Assembly (NCBI GenBank): GCA_951406725.2
Contig: OX597817.1
Location: 143,654,001 to 143,718,000, forward strand
DNA: 64,000 bases
Direction: 5' to 3'
Origin: Octopus vulgaris
Lineage: Eukaryota
Made by a program: the position numbers and the translations under genes. Shown piece by piece: positions 1 to 13,084 of the stretch. The stretch's first letter is position 1. Every line of letters starts with the position of its first letter. The notes beneath the pieces were generated by a model, which was not told the DNA's origin, made no database searches, and saw only the letters and a program-made list of their open reading frames with translations.

Positions 1-2838
1 CCTTGCAAGACAAAAATGGGGCATTGGAGGAGGTGATCTTGTGTCAGATGATGAAAGGTTATAGTGAGACAGAAAGAGAGAAACAGGTTTCTTGGAGGTT
101 CAAGGTTACCTGGCCAGAGAGAGAGAGAGAGAGAGATCAAGGATGAATATGAATGTGTGTGTGTATTTCTTATTTGTGTTTGCTCTAGTGACATAACTGC
201 CCCTGCATGCATTAAGTACTCTTTTTTGTGCTTGTGTACCCAGATGTGAGTGCATGTATGTCTGTGTCCCCTCGTTCTGACACTGCTTGATAGTCGTAAA
301 TGAGTGTCACTGTCATACAAGCAGTGTCATTCATTTTCCATCTTCTGTAACCAAAAAAAAACTACATGCCTGGCTATGGAGAAATATTAGTTTTAAATTT
401 TGGCACAAGGCCAGCAATTTCAGGCAAGGGTACTAAGTCAATTACATCGAGCCCCACCCAATGCTCAACTGGTACTTAATTTATCGACCCTGAAAAAGTG
501 AAAGGGGAAGTTGACCTCAATGGAATTTGAACTCGGAACATAAAGACAAATGAAATGCCTCTAAGCATTTTGCTCAGCGTGCTGACGATTCTGCAGAATC
601 GGCAGCCCTGGGCTGCTGTGGGGAAATATTACCTCAGCTGGAAACAGATGAAGATCGGTAGCAAAAAGAGCATGAAGCTGTAGAAAATCTGCCTCAACAA
701 ATTCCGTGTGACCCATGGAAAAGTGGACATTGAATGATTATGCTGTGTGCATGTATTGACACCTATGTGTGTGTGTGTTTATCATCATGTTCCAGCATTG
801 TTTTAATATCTACATTCCCATGCTGGTGTGGGCCAGAATGGGATACATTGAGGCAAATATTTCTGCTGCTGGAAATATTTCCTTATGGCCAGACATGTTT
901 TCATGGAAGATTGGAAATAATGGATACCACTTGTGCAACAGCAATATTCATTTACAATTATCATGTGATGTGATGTCAAAACAAGTGACAGAAACATACA
1001 CCTCCATGCACACATGCACCCCCACACACATGCATACACATCATCATCGTTTAATGTCTGCTTTCCATGCTGGCATAGGTTGGATGGTTTGACAGAGTAC
1101 TCGTAAGCCGGGAGGCTGCACCTGGCTCCAATTTGATTTGACAAGGTTCCTACAGCTGGATGCCCTTCCTAATGCCAATCACTCCAAGAGTGTAGTGGGT
1201 GCTTTTTACGTGCCACCAGCATGGGAGCCAGTCAGGCGGCACTGGCATCGACCATGCTCAAATGGTGCTGTTTACGTTCCACCGACCAGGAGCCAGTCAG
1301 GGGGCACTGGCAATGACCATGCTCAAATGGTGCTTTTTATGTGCCACCTGCTCAGGAGCCAATCAGGGGGCACTGGCAATGACCATGCTTGAATGGTGCT
1401 TTTTACTGTGTGTGTGTATGATTAGCTTCTTACAGTTTCTAACTAGCAAATTAATTTACAAGGCTTTAGTTGGCTTGTGGCTATAATAGATGATGCTTGC
1501 CCAAGGTGCCATTCGGTGGGACAGAACCTGAAACTATGTGTTTGGGAGGCAAACTTCTTAACTACACAGTCATGCCTCTCTATGTGTGCTAAATATTGGT
1601 GAGTGATGATCATATCTGTGTTAACCAAAATATCTTGTGTTTAGTTCAAATTATGTCCCTTCATGCCAAAGTAGATTTAGTCACCTGACAGAGATTGGTA
1701 AAATAACGACTGGAACTGAGGTTGATATGATTAAAAAAAAAAACATAGAAGAAAATACCTCAAAGTCTGAGACCAAGCACTGATAAGCCGTGGCTGATGC
1801 TGGTGTCACATAACTGGCACCTGTGCTGGTAGCATGTAAAAAGTGCCTTTTGAGCGTTGGGCCTCATGGAGGCAAAATGGCTGAGTTCCTTTTGAGTGTT
1901 GGCTCCATGGAGGCAATGATGAATGACAGACCTTTGGCATTATGTTGTGCTTGAGAAGAAGACCCAGGAAGCCAAGTAAAATCGCAGTCGTGGAAAATAC
2001 TGGTGTCACGCAAGTGGCACGTAAAATCACCCATGCTAGTGGCATGTAAAAGCACCCATTACACTCTCGGAGTGGTTGGCGTTAGGAAGGGCATTCGGCT
2101 GTATAAATTATGCCAAATCAGACTGGAGTCTGGGGCAGCATTCCAGCTTGCCAGCCCTGGTCAAACCGTCCAACCCATGCCAGCATGAACAATGGACGCT
2201 AAATGATGATGATGAGGATTATGATTAGTGTGGATTTGTTTGACTAAATCCTTCAATGAGGTGCCCCAGCAGGGCCACAGTTCTATGACTGAAACAAGTT
2301 GAAAAATGAGAGAAAATTGAAGTATTCCACATCTGCATTTTTTACCCCTTCCTGTCTCTTTCTTCATCATTATCATCGTTTAAACGTCCGCTTTCCATGC
2401 TAGCATGGGTTGGACGATTTGACTGAGGACTGGAGAACCAGATGGCTGCACCAAGCTCCAATCTTGATCTGGCAGAGTTTCTACAGCTGGATGCCCTTCC
2501 TAACGCCAACCACTCCGAGAGTGTAGTGGGTGCTTTTATGTGCCACCAGCACAAGGGCCAGTCAGGCGGTAGTGACAACGGCCATGCTCAAATGGTGTTT
2601 TTTATGTGCCACTGGCACAGGAGCCAGTCCAGTGGCACTGGCAATGACCTCGCTTGAATGTTTTTTTCACGTGCCACTGACACAAGTGCCAGTAAGGCGA
2701 CACTTCTTGTATTTCAATTTTTTTATTTTGTTGTTTGTTTTCCTGTCATTCTTTTTTTCCCATTTTTTTTCTCTATTCCTTTTTCCCATTTTTATTCAGT
2801 TGTATGATACACAAATGTATTCCATTACTCTTTTGTAG

Positions 2839-2911
2839 AAACGCCAGAAGCCACACCAAACAATGAGAGAGCGTCATCACCGCCACCATTAGGATTCAGC
2901 ATAGGACTTGG
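2839..2911 (+). CDS. RBM17: Splicing factor 45, internal exon (xTPEATPNNERASSPPPLGFSIGLG)
   Basis: ttttgtag acceptor and G|gtaagt donor. 73 nt, open, ends in phase 2 and joins the G-patch exon in frame (GG|T). Low-complexity linker, so the call rests on splice sites and phase. Confidence 0.75.
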
Positions 2912-4142
2912 GTAAGTCTGTATTGCCACTAGTAATACCTTGTGGTTGTTGTAACAAACGATTACAGAGAGAACTGGTTGTTCTCTTTGATGGTGTGGTC
3001 ATAACAGAAGGGGATCTGTTGTAAGTGGGGCTCTAGAAAGAGTTGTGAGAAGTTTTTTTCTTTTGTTTGTTTCAGTCATAAGACTATGGCCATACTGGAG
3101 CATTGCATTGAAGAATTTTAGTTAAACTAATCAACACCAATATTTATTTTTGCTTTGAAACCTGGTGCTTATTCTGTTGGTTTTTTTGATGAACTGCTAA
3201 GTCATAGATTATAAACAAATATGTGCAGGAGTAGCTGTGTGGTAAGTAGTTTGCTTACCAACCACATGGTTCTGGGTTCAGTCCCACAGCATGGCATCTT
3301 GGGCAAAGCCTTGTGAGTGGATTTGGTAGACGGAAACTGAAAGAAGTGCGTCATATGTGTGTGCGTGTGTGTGTGTTTGTGTATCTGTGTTTGTCCTCCC
3401 AACATCGCTTGACAACCGATGCTGGTGTGTTTACATCCCCCTAACTTAGTGGTTCTGCAAAAGAGACTGATAGAACAAGTACTAGGCTTACAAAGAATAA
3501 GTCCTGGGGTCGATTTGCTCAACTAAAGGCGGTGCTCCAGCATGGCCTCAGTCAAATGACTAAAACAAATAAACAAAAAAATAAAAAACCAAAAGAGCTA
3601 CTAATAGTTTCATGCTTCAGAGATGCAATAAATTGCTAAATTTATATGAAATGCCACATATCTCTAAACAATCTTTTAGGCACAGTGCCTCTGTATATTA
3701 AATGATATTACCAGTGCCGCCTGATTGGAACCAGAGCTGCTTGACTGGTACGTAAAGAGCACCATTCAAGCATGGTTGAAGCCATTGCCACCTGACTAGC
3801 TCCTGTGCTGGTGGCACATGAAAAGCACCATTTGAGCATGGTCAATGTCAGTGCCACCTAACTGACTCCTGTGCCAGTGGCATGTAATAAGCGCCATTCA
3901 AGTGTGGTCAGTGCTAGTGTCGCCTCACTAGCTCCCATGTCAGTGGCACGTAAAAGCACCCACTACACTCTTGGAGTGGTTGGCATTAGGAAGGGCATCC
4001 AGCTGTAAAAACTCTGCCAAATCAAGATTGGAGCCTGGTACAGCCATCTGGTTCGCCAGCCTTCAGTTAAACTGTCCAACCCATGCCAGCATGGAAAGCG
4101 GACGTTAAACGATGATGATGATGAGGATAATATATATATATA

Positions 4143-4204
4143 TGTAACGGTTAGCATGGTTGCCTTCCAAGCAGTCGATTCGGGTTCGACTCCCGGCCGA
4201 TGCA
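4143..4204 (+). pseudogene. 5'-truncated tRNA-Gly(TCC)
   Basis: tgtaacggttagcatggttgccTTCCAAgcagtcgattcgggttcgactcccggccgatgca matches metazoan tRNA-Gly-TCC from about nt 11 onward. Anticodon at 4166-4168. The 5' acceptor strand is replaced by (TA)n. TTTTT at 4214-4218. Confidence 0.8.
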
Positions 4205-4441
4205 GGCATTAGCTTTTTAAAGGCAGTGCTCCAGTATGGCCACGTCAAATGACTGAAACAAGTAACAGAGTATATATATATATATATATATAAAAATATA
4301 TATATATATATAAAGGTTATTTTTCTTGATCTCCATGATCATATTCTAAATTCAGTGTTGCATAATGTCTTCTAAAAACTTGCATTTTCTGTTTTATATG
4401 TTAATCCAGTTCTAAACATTGTATGTCATAAGGAGCCCACT

Positions 4442-4511
4442 GGCATATGGGCGAATGGTTAAGAGCACGGGCTATTAACCCCAAGATTCCGAGTTCAATT
4501 CCAGGCAATGA

Positions 4512-4548
<37 letters not shown>
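4442..4548 (+). mobile_element. Short tRNA-derived element with (AAT)n tail
   Basis: A-box-like gggcgaatgg, anticodon-arm-like gggctattaaccc and B-box gagttcaattcc, followed by ctg(aat)n. Confidence 0.55.
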
Positions 4549-4627
4549 TGTATTCCATGCTACAAAATATATTTTCATGCATAACCTTTCAACTTTGTTC
4601 CTTATTGTTGTGTTTCATTGATTTTAG

Positions 4628-4779
4628 TGGTTCTGTTGCTTCCAAGATTATGGCTAAATACGGTTATAAAGAAGGACAAGGCTTAGGTAAACAAGAACAA
4701 GGTATGAGCACGGCCTTGTTTGTGGAGAAAACCAGCAAACGTGGTGGTAAAATCATTCATGAAAAGGACATGCAGAAAG
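4628..4779 (+). CDS. RBM17: Splicing factor 45, G-patch exon
   Basis: Encodes GSVASKIMAKYGYKEGQGLGKQEQGMSTALFVEKTSKRGGKII, matching the SPF45 G-patch. ttttag acceptor, G|gtaggt donor. Confidence 0.95.
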
Positions 4780-5828
4780 GTAGGTAGAAAGTTTTTATAA
4801 CAGATTTATATATGCTGGTGGCGTGTAAAAATCACCATTTGATCGTGGCCATTGCCAGTGCCACCTGACTGGCTCCCATGCCAGTAGCACATAAAAAGTA
4901 CCATTCAAGCATAGCCGATGCCAGTGCTGCATGATTGGCACATGTGCCAGTGGCATGCTAAAAACACCACTCGACCGTGGCCAATGCCAGTGCCACCTGA
5001 TTGGCACTTGTGCTAGTGGCATACTAAAAGCACTATTCAAGTGTGACTGATGCCAGTGCTGCCTGAGGAAATATTTGCGAGTGGGAGCACTAACGTTATA
5101 CCAAGGACAAGCAGAGGTATCCTGATATATATTGAGAAGATACATAGCTACCCTGCATTATATAAGGGTGGGTGAGTCACTGGGAAGAAAATAAGTTGGT
5201 AGTGATGGTAGTGTTCTGAGTTCAAATTCTGTGGAGGTCAACTTTGTTCATTCTTCTGGGGTTGATAAAAAGAGAATCAGTCAAATACTGGGAGCTTATA
5301 TAGTTAAGTTGACTAACCCTTTCTCTAAATTTCCGGAAGTGGGCTTATGATAGAAACTCTACTTTTACTCTTTTACTTGTTTCAGTCATTTGACTGTGGC
5401 TATGCTGGAGCACCGCCTTTAGTCGAAGAAATCGACCCAAAGACTTATTCTATTGGTCTAATTTACCGAACCGCTAAGTTACGGGGACATAAACACACCA
5501 GCATTGATTGTCAAGCGATGTTGGGGGTCAAACATATACACACACATACATGTATATATATATATACATATATACGACGGTCTTCTTTCAGTTTCCGTCT
5601 ATCAAATCCACTCACAAGCTATTGGTTGGCCTGAGGCTATTGTAGATAATACTTGCCCAAGGTGCCACGCAGTGGGACTGAACCCGGAACCATGTGGTTC
5701 GTAAGCAAGGTGCTTACCACACAGCCACTCCTATGCTTATTTTTAATATATAGCTGAACGATTATTTTTAATATATAGCTATTTAATGAAAAATTTCTTA
5801 AAATTTTTTTTCTGCGTTTTTCTTCAAG

Positions 5829-5899
5829 ATCCACCTCGGGATATGACAGTTACCAATTCCAACTTACTGAAACACCCATCGAAAGTGATATTGTTGCGG
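5829..5899 (+). CDS. RBM17: Splicing factor 45 exon (DPPRDMTVTNSNLLKHPSKVILLR)
   Basis: Matches human LKCPTKVVLLR at the start of the UHM. Long pyrimidine tract with an AAG acceptor, gtaagt donor, phases 1/0. Confidence 0.92.
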
Positions 5900-6049
5900 G
5901 TAAGTGAAGATTCTTTGTATTTCTGTTACTATAAAAGATAAGTATTGTTTCGAGTGATATGATGATTGTGGAGTGGAGGTATCTGTCTAACAGAGTTAGT
6001 GGCTGCTATTTCTCACTTGCAGTGTTTCCTGCATAGGTTGTTAACTCAG

Positions 6050-6850
6050 GGTGAAAGTAGACTCTATGGTGAGTGGGTGCAAACTGCCATGCTACATGGC
6101 AGTGAAACATGGGCCATGACTGCTGAGGACATGCGTAGGCTTGAAAGAAATGAAGCCAGTATGATCTGCTGGATGTGTAATGTCAGTGTGCATACACGAC
6201 AGAGTGTAAGTGCCCTGAGAGAAAAGTTGGACGTAAGAAGCATCAGATGTGATGTGCAAGAGAGACGACTGTGCAGGTATGGCCATGAATGAAGACAGCT
6301 GCGTGAGGAATTGCTACTCCCCAACTGTTGAAGGAACCTGTGGAAGAGGTAGACTCAGGAAGATTTGAGATGAGGTGGTGAAGCACGACCTTTGAGCATA
6401 GGGCCTCACAGAGGTAATGACAGGAGACCGGGACCTTTGGAGATATGCTGTGATGGAGAAAACCCGGCAACTAAAATGAGATCACAGCCATGTGTGTCCA
6501 GCCTAGTTAAGAGTACTCCTGATGCATCGTGCAATATGATATGCTTGAGAAGACCTGTTGAGTCAAGTAAAACCAATATTGTAGCTGTGGCCAGTGCCCC
6601 CTCACTGGCTCTCATGCCGGTGGCATGTAAAAAGCACCATCTGAATGTGGTTGATGCCAGGCCTGCCTGACTGGCACGTAAAAAGCACCCACTACACTCT
6701 CAGAGTGGTTGGCGTTAGGAAGGGCCTCCAGCTGTAGGAACAGTGCCAGATCAGACTGGAGCCTTGTGCAGCCTCCTGGCTTGCCAGACCTCAGTCAAAC
6801 CGTCCAACACATGCTAGCATAGAAAACGGATGTTAAACGATGATGATGTT
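6050..6850 (+). mobile_element. RTE-clade LINE 3' fragment with (GAT)n tail
   Basis: VQTAMLHGSETWAMTAEDMRRLERNEASM..W and GRGR.RK-type RTE ORF end. The 3' UTR ends ...aaacggatgttaaac(gat)n. Confidence 0.8.
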
Positions 6851-8103
6851 AACCTTGTGAAATACAACATAAACTGTGTTTTGGCATTTCTATCCAAGAG
6901 TGGCTTTGTGGTAAGAAATTTGCTTCCCAACCACATGGTTTTGAGTTCAATCCCACTGCATGGCACCTTGGGCAAATGTCTTCTATTATAGCCCTGTGCT
7001 GACCAAAGCCATGTGAGTAGATTTTGTTGGCGGAAACTGAAAGAAGCCTGTTGTATATGTGTTTGTCTTTGTGTTTATATCTGCCCCCACCACCAATTGG
7101 TGACTGGTGTTGGTTTGTTTATATTCCCATAACTGTGCAGTTTGGTAAAAGAAACTGATAGAATAGGTACCAGTTTTTAAAAATAAGTAACGGGTTCTGT
7201 TTGTTTGACTAAAGATCATTCAAAGCATGGACGCAATCCAATGACTGAAAGGCAAATGATAAAAAAGAAAAGTGTTCTCCCTTCTCAAAGGGTTATGGGA
7301 TGGCATTTGAAGAAAGTTCTATAAAGACTCCCTGAAGAGAGAGAGAGCTATTAATGTCCATAGAAGTGTATCTGTTGGCAATCATTTCCTGCTTCTCATT
7401 TCAACGAGTCATAGGTGTAGCAAAGTTATCTCCCTTCATTCAACGATTAAATAAACACACAATCACCATTGTCATCATTTAACGTCCACTTTTCTATGCT
7501 TGCATGGGTTAGGACGAATTCATTGAGGCAGATTTTGTTCAGCTGGATGCCCTCCCTGCTTCCAAGCCTCACCTGTTTCCAAGGAAGGTAATATTTCCTC
7601 ATGGCTGGATATGTTTCCATAGAACACTAGAAACAATGAACACAGCTTGCTCAATGGTGATGCTTGTTTACAACCGTCACATAATAATCAAAATATGGGG
7701 GGGGTGGTGCACGAACACACACACACACTCTTCTTTTTACAAGGTTTCAGCACCAGTGCTTTTTATATGGCACTGCTGGTGATGGTGCCACATAAAAAGC
7801 GCCCAGCACACTCTGCAAAGTGGTTGGCACTAAGAAGGGCATCCAGCCATAAAATAACCATCACAAAACAGACTTCGCCAGTGCTGGTGCCATGCGAAAA
7901 GCACCCAGGCTCCTCTGTAAAGTGACTGGTGATAGGAAGAGCGTCCAACCATAGAATCCATGCCAAAAGAGACAGTAGAGCTTGGTGCAGTCCTCTGGCT
8001 AGCCAGCTCCTGACAAACCATCCAACCCATGCCAACATGGAAGACAGATGTTAAATGATGGTGACGATGATGACATATAACATATATGTGTGTGTATATT
8101 TAC

Positions 8104-8134
<31 letters not shown>

Positions 8135-8187
8135 CATACTCTTCTATGTGTTTCAGCCCTGAGGCTGTGGCTATATCTCTCTCTCTT

Positions 8188-8236
<49 letters not shown>

Positions 8237-8664
8237 ATATATATATATATAAATCATCGAACAATTATGAACAATTGCAGCGTGGAGGGTGTTTATAAGC
8301 CATTTAAGAAACACACAAAATCTGTTAGATTTACTTCAACATTTAAATTTAATTTGGCAAAATATTTTCGTCACTTTGAGACCACGACCTGTTCACTGAC
8401 AAAACTTCGTGCTGCATCTCATATCATATATGTATATATGTATATATATATATGCTGCTTGCTTGCTTCTTTTGCTTCTGCTTTGTATTCTTGCTTGATG
8501 GTGCATGCTGGGTCCATGCCAGAACAAATAACCAGAGCCTGGTGTAGCTCTCCAGCTTGCCAGCTCCTGTCAAACCATCCAACCCATGACAGCATGGTAA
8601 ACAGACTTTAAATAATGATGATGATGATGATATGTAAATGCTAACAATGCCGATTTGTTTTCAG

Positions 8665-8763
8665 AATATGGTTGGGTCTGGTGAAGTTGACGATGATTTA
8701 GAGCCAGAAACTGCTGAGGAATGTGCCAAATATGGTAAAGTGGTCAAATGCTTGATATTTGAG
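8665..8763 (+). CDS. RBM17: Splicing factor 45, UHM exon (NMVGSGEVDDDLEPETAEECAKYGKVVKCLIFE)
   Basis: Near-identical to the SPF45 UHM. gctaac branch point, tttcag acceptor, gtaagt donor, 99 nt. Confidence 0.96.
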
Positions 8764-10869
8764 GTAAGTTTATTTGATATTTTACATCTCTTCTCTTCCT
8801 CGCTTTTCCATTCCATGCACTATGCTTACCTCCCAATCCTGTCCTCTTGGGGCCCTGTCTCATTGTATCATTGCTATCTGCTGACTCCCGGCCTGTGTGT
8901 ATAAATAAGTACCAATCACTGAAAGTGGATGGCATCTGTGGAAGAGGGAAACCCAGGAAGACATGGGATGAAGAGGTGAGGACTGAACTCAGGATGCTGG
9001 GCCTCATGGAGGAAATGACAATGAACCAAGATATCTAGTGATATGAGATTCTTGAGATCTGCCCACTTTAGCAAAACTGAGTTCTAGAAGCCCTGTGTCT
9101 TCCACCCCACCATGTAACAATAAAACTTTTTACACACCCCATTCCAACAAACCAAACTACATCTCTTCTCTTCCTCACATTTCCTCTTTCATGCACTATG
9201 CTTACCTCCACCCCCAATCTGTTAGATTTACTTCAATCCTGTCCTCTCGGTCCTGTCTCATTGTATCATTGCTATCTGCTAGCCCTTGACCTGTGTGTTG
9301 CACCCCTATGTAACAATAAAACGTTTCACACACCCCACTCCAACAAACCAATCTATACCTCTACATCTCTTCCTCACATCTCCTCCTTCATGCATTATGT
9401 CTACCTCTCACTCCCCAATCCCATCCTCACGGGCCCTGTTTCTCTGTATCATTCCTATCCGGTAGCCTCTATATATACCCAGGTTTTCACCACTCACTCC
9501 CCACTCCACATTCTTTAATCCCACTTCTTTCGCAATATCCTGCCACTTATATTATGGCGTTTGACCCTCCGGGGTATGCCCTGGCACTTGCTACCATCTA
9601 CATCTCTCTCTTCCTTTACTCAACCATCCCATTTATATTCTGATCCCCGTCCCTTGTGTGTATGCCCTGCACTTTACTGCCATCTCTATCCTGCTGTCTC
9701 CTCCTGTGCTCCCATCAGGTTGGATTACCATGTATTTCCTTTGTGACAACACACCTGTTTCTGTCTTCATTCTCTCTCTCTCTCTCTCTCTCCCCAGCAG
9801 GGTACCCTGTACCTCTTCTACAGCAAGACACCTGTTTCTGTCTCTCTGTTTCACTATAACCTTTCGTCATCTGACACAAGATCACCACCTCCAATGCCCT
9901 CTCCTCTCCCAAAAGATTTTGTTGTCTTGCAGGTTACCTGGTGACCCTGTCAGTGCAGGTGCCACTTAAAAAGCACCCAATCCACACTGTAAAGTGGTTG
10001 ATGTTTGGAAGGGCATCCAACTGTAAAAATCTTGCTAAAACTGACCTCGCCTGTGCTTGTGCCACGTAAAAAGCATTCAGTCCACTCTGCTGGGTGGGTG
10101 GTGTTAGGAAGGGCATCCAGCTGTAAGAATCCTGCCAAAACAGTCACAGAAGTCTGGTGCAAGCTTCTGCCTGGCCAGCTCCTGTCAAACCATCCCACCC
10201 ATGCCAATATGGAAGACGGACATTAAACAATTATGATGATGATGTTCTTAAATTTCATAAAATCCACCCCCATCTCCCCGTTCACTTTATTAATGTTTTT
10301 TATTTACATATACTCACTGATACTCAATGACTTGCCTGTTCTCTTTATGTTACTCTAATCCATGCTCCCTTCTTTTTCGACTGGAGTATTCATGTATCTA
10401 CTCTACAGCTGGACACATATCTCTGTCCCTCTATACTTCTAATCCCTCTTAAATGGCACAAAGCCCCCACCCACTTCACTACTACTTCCTCCTCTCAGCT
10501 GAGGGTTTTTTTGTTTTGCAAGCTATTCGGTGTCCTTGTCGTTGCTAGTACCACATGCACTGGATCTGGTGCCATATAAGAAGTACCCAGTGCATTCTGT
10601 AAAGTGGTTGGCATTAGGAAGGGCATCCAGCTGTAAAAACCATGTCAAAACAGACAATTGGAGCCTGATAAGCCCCCCCCATCCACCCCAACACGCCAGC
10701 TCCTGTCAAACCATCTGATCCATGCCAGCATGGAAAACTGATGTTAAAATGATGATCCTGTAAAATTCAATTCCCTTTTGCTTATTTCTTCCTTGTGGTA
10801 AATAAACCTGTTTCAGATTCAGTTGCAAGTATTTTAACAGCTGTCGTTGTTGTTATTTCTATTTTAAAG

Positions 10870-10942
10870 ATACCTGGGTGTGATGATGAAGAAGCAGTTC
10901 GTATATTTGTTGAATTCGAAAGAGTCGAGTCAGCCATAAAAG
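10870..10942 (+). CDS. RBM17: Splicing factor 45, UHM exon (IPGCDDEEAVRIFVEFERVESAIK)
   Basis: Matches human IPGAPDDEAVRIFLEFERVESAIK. AAG acceptor, G|gtattg donor. Confidence 0.95.
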
Positions 10943-11188
10943 GTATTGTATGTTTGTTTGATGTTAATGGGGGACATTCGAACTGTTTAAGGGTGGAGCT
11001 GATTGGATTGTGTTAGGTGTGGAATGGAATTACGGGTAAAGGTTAGTTGAATAGACACACGACCATAGCAGACATCTGTCTTTTGGTAGGGATTAACACC
11101 TTTACTTTTTGATTTATCCTGAAGACTTGTAGAATGTGAAATTGACTAGAGGTCAAAGGCCTGTTTTAACTTTTTAATGTTTGAACCA

Positions 11189-11500
11189 TCCAGATCTGGT
11201 CCACATATTCAAGATCTGGTCCAAATATTCCAGGTCTTGTCCAATATTCCAGGTCTGGTCCAAATATTTCAGATCTGATCCAAATATTCCAAGTCTGGTC
11301 CAATATTTCAGGTCTGGTCCAAATATTCCAGATCTGGTCCAAATATTCCAGATTTGCTCCAAATATTCCAGATCTGGTCTAAATATTTCAGATCTGGTCC
11401 AAATATTCCAGGTCTGGTCCAAATATTCCAGGTCTTGTCCAATATTCCAGGTCTGGTCCAAGTATTCCAGATCTGGTCCAAATATTCCAGGTCTGGTCCC
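11189..11500. repeat. 19-20-bp minisatellite, ~16 copies (TCCAGRTCTGGTCCAAATAT)
   Basis: Directly visible tandem units in the last RBM17 intron. Confidence 0.95.
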
Positions 11501-11836
11501 ATTTATGTGCAGACTGGCCAAATCTGGCCTCTCATACCTATCATACAATGTTATTTTTAAAATGAACAATCACATCATTGAAATCTCAAAAGTACAAAAT
11601 AATGCATGATTAATTCAAAACATTGTGGATAAATAAACATTACATTGGACAATAATCTGGAAGCTAAAATTTTTGGGGAGGGGCCCAGTCGATTAGATTG
11701 ACTCCAGTATGCAACTGGTACTTAATTTATTGACCCTAAAAGGATGAAAGGCAAAGTTGACTTCGGTGGAATTTGAACTCAGAATGTAAAGACAGACGAA
11801 ATTTTAGTGTTTAATATTGTTTTTCTCTGTTTTCAG

Positions 11837-11946
11837 CTGTTGTTGACTTGAATGGTCGATATTTTGGTGGACGTGTCGTCAAAGCCAGTTTTTATAACCT
11901 TGACAAATTTCGACAGTATGATCTTGCCGAAGAACAAGAGTTTTGA
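11837..11946 (+). CDS. RBM17: Splicing factor 45, last coding exon (AVVDLNGRYFGGRVVKASFYNLDKFRQYDLAEEQEF*)
   Basis: UHM RxF motif (GRYFGGR), tttcag acceptor, TGA at 11944-11946. Confidence 0.96.
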
Positions 11947-12523
11947 AGTTTGGTGAAGGATTCAATCGGTTAAGTATTCAATCCCATAACATCCGGCCTC
12001 ATTTGGAACATTGAGGAAGGCGAATAAAATGAAGAGACCACAAGAAGAACAGATGGAAAGAAAAACAAAAAAAGAAAATCCAATGAAAGACAAAAAAAAA
12101 AGGGTAATTGAAATTATAGCAAAAAAAATGGACTTGTTGGACTTAATGTGCAGTAAGGTGCATGTCTTAATGTGCAACCTGGTGCATGATTAATGCCATC
12201 TGCCTGAACAAGCCTCAAGATATAACATCAGTCTAACTGCATGTTTTTACATTATGTGCAGCTATTTTTTTTTTTTTATTATTAAAAAAACATCCTTCAT
12301 CTACATCAATAGGCAATCAATACATCAATAGGCAATCAATACTTCATATATTTATCATCTTTCATCATCCTCTCTTCCTCTCTCTCTGTCTCTCCTCCCC
12401 TCTCTATACATGTTAACCCATTACCTCAAACAAACACACACATGCGCACGCATACAGACATACACACACACACACATACACATACCCATACTCTCATTTA
12501 TTTTCTGAAATTTGAAAAACATA

Positions 12524-12529
12524 AATAAA
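12524..12529 (+). terminator. Probable RBM17 polyadenylation signal
   Basis: AATAAA ~580 nt after the stop, followed by a T-rich stretch at ~12565-12605. Confidence 0.55.
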
Positions 12530-13084
12530 ATATACTACAAAAAACAATCAAAATTTCAAGCATTTCTCTTCATTGTTTTATTCTATTTGTAATTCAGTTT
12601 TTGATTAAGAATCTCTCCTCTACTCTCCTACAAAAACATTTCCAAAGATTTGGCCTATACTCTTTTACTTGTTTCAGTCATTTGACTGTGGCCATGCTTG
12701 AGCACCGCCTTTAGTTGAGTAAATCGGCCCCAGGACTTATTCTTTGTAAGCCTAGTACTTATGCTATTGGTCTCTTATGCCAAACCACTAAGTTATGGGG
12801 ATGTAAACACACCAGCATCGGTTGTCAAGTGATGTTGGGTGGACAAACACAGACACACAAACATACACACACACACACACACGACGGGCTTCTTTCAGTT
12901 TCCGTCTACCAAATCCATTCACAAGGCTTTGGTCAGCCTGAGGCTATAGTAGAAGACATTTGTCCAAGGTGCCACGCAGTGGGACTGAACCTGGAACCAT
13001 GTGGTTTGTAAGCAAGCTACTACACGGAGTTTGGGCTAAATTTGAGTTTGCATACAAGGAAAAGAAAATACAATATCCTAACCA

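Noticed and set aside
11174-11609. Repeat-protein ORFs or a CRISPR-like array
   Set aside because: This is a head-to-tail minisatellite without unique spacers, in a eukaryotic intron, with no cas genes.
12011-12193. Lys-rich ORF after the RBM17 stop
   Set aside because: It is A-rich 3' UTR sequence with a non-ATG start.
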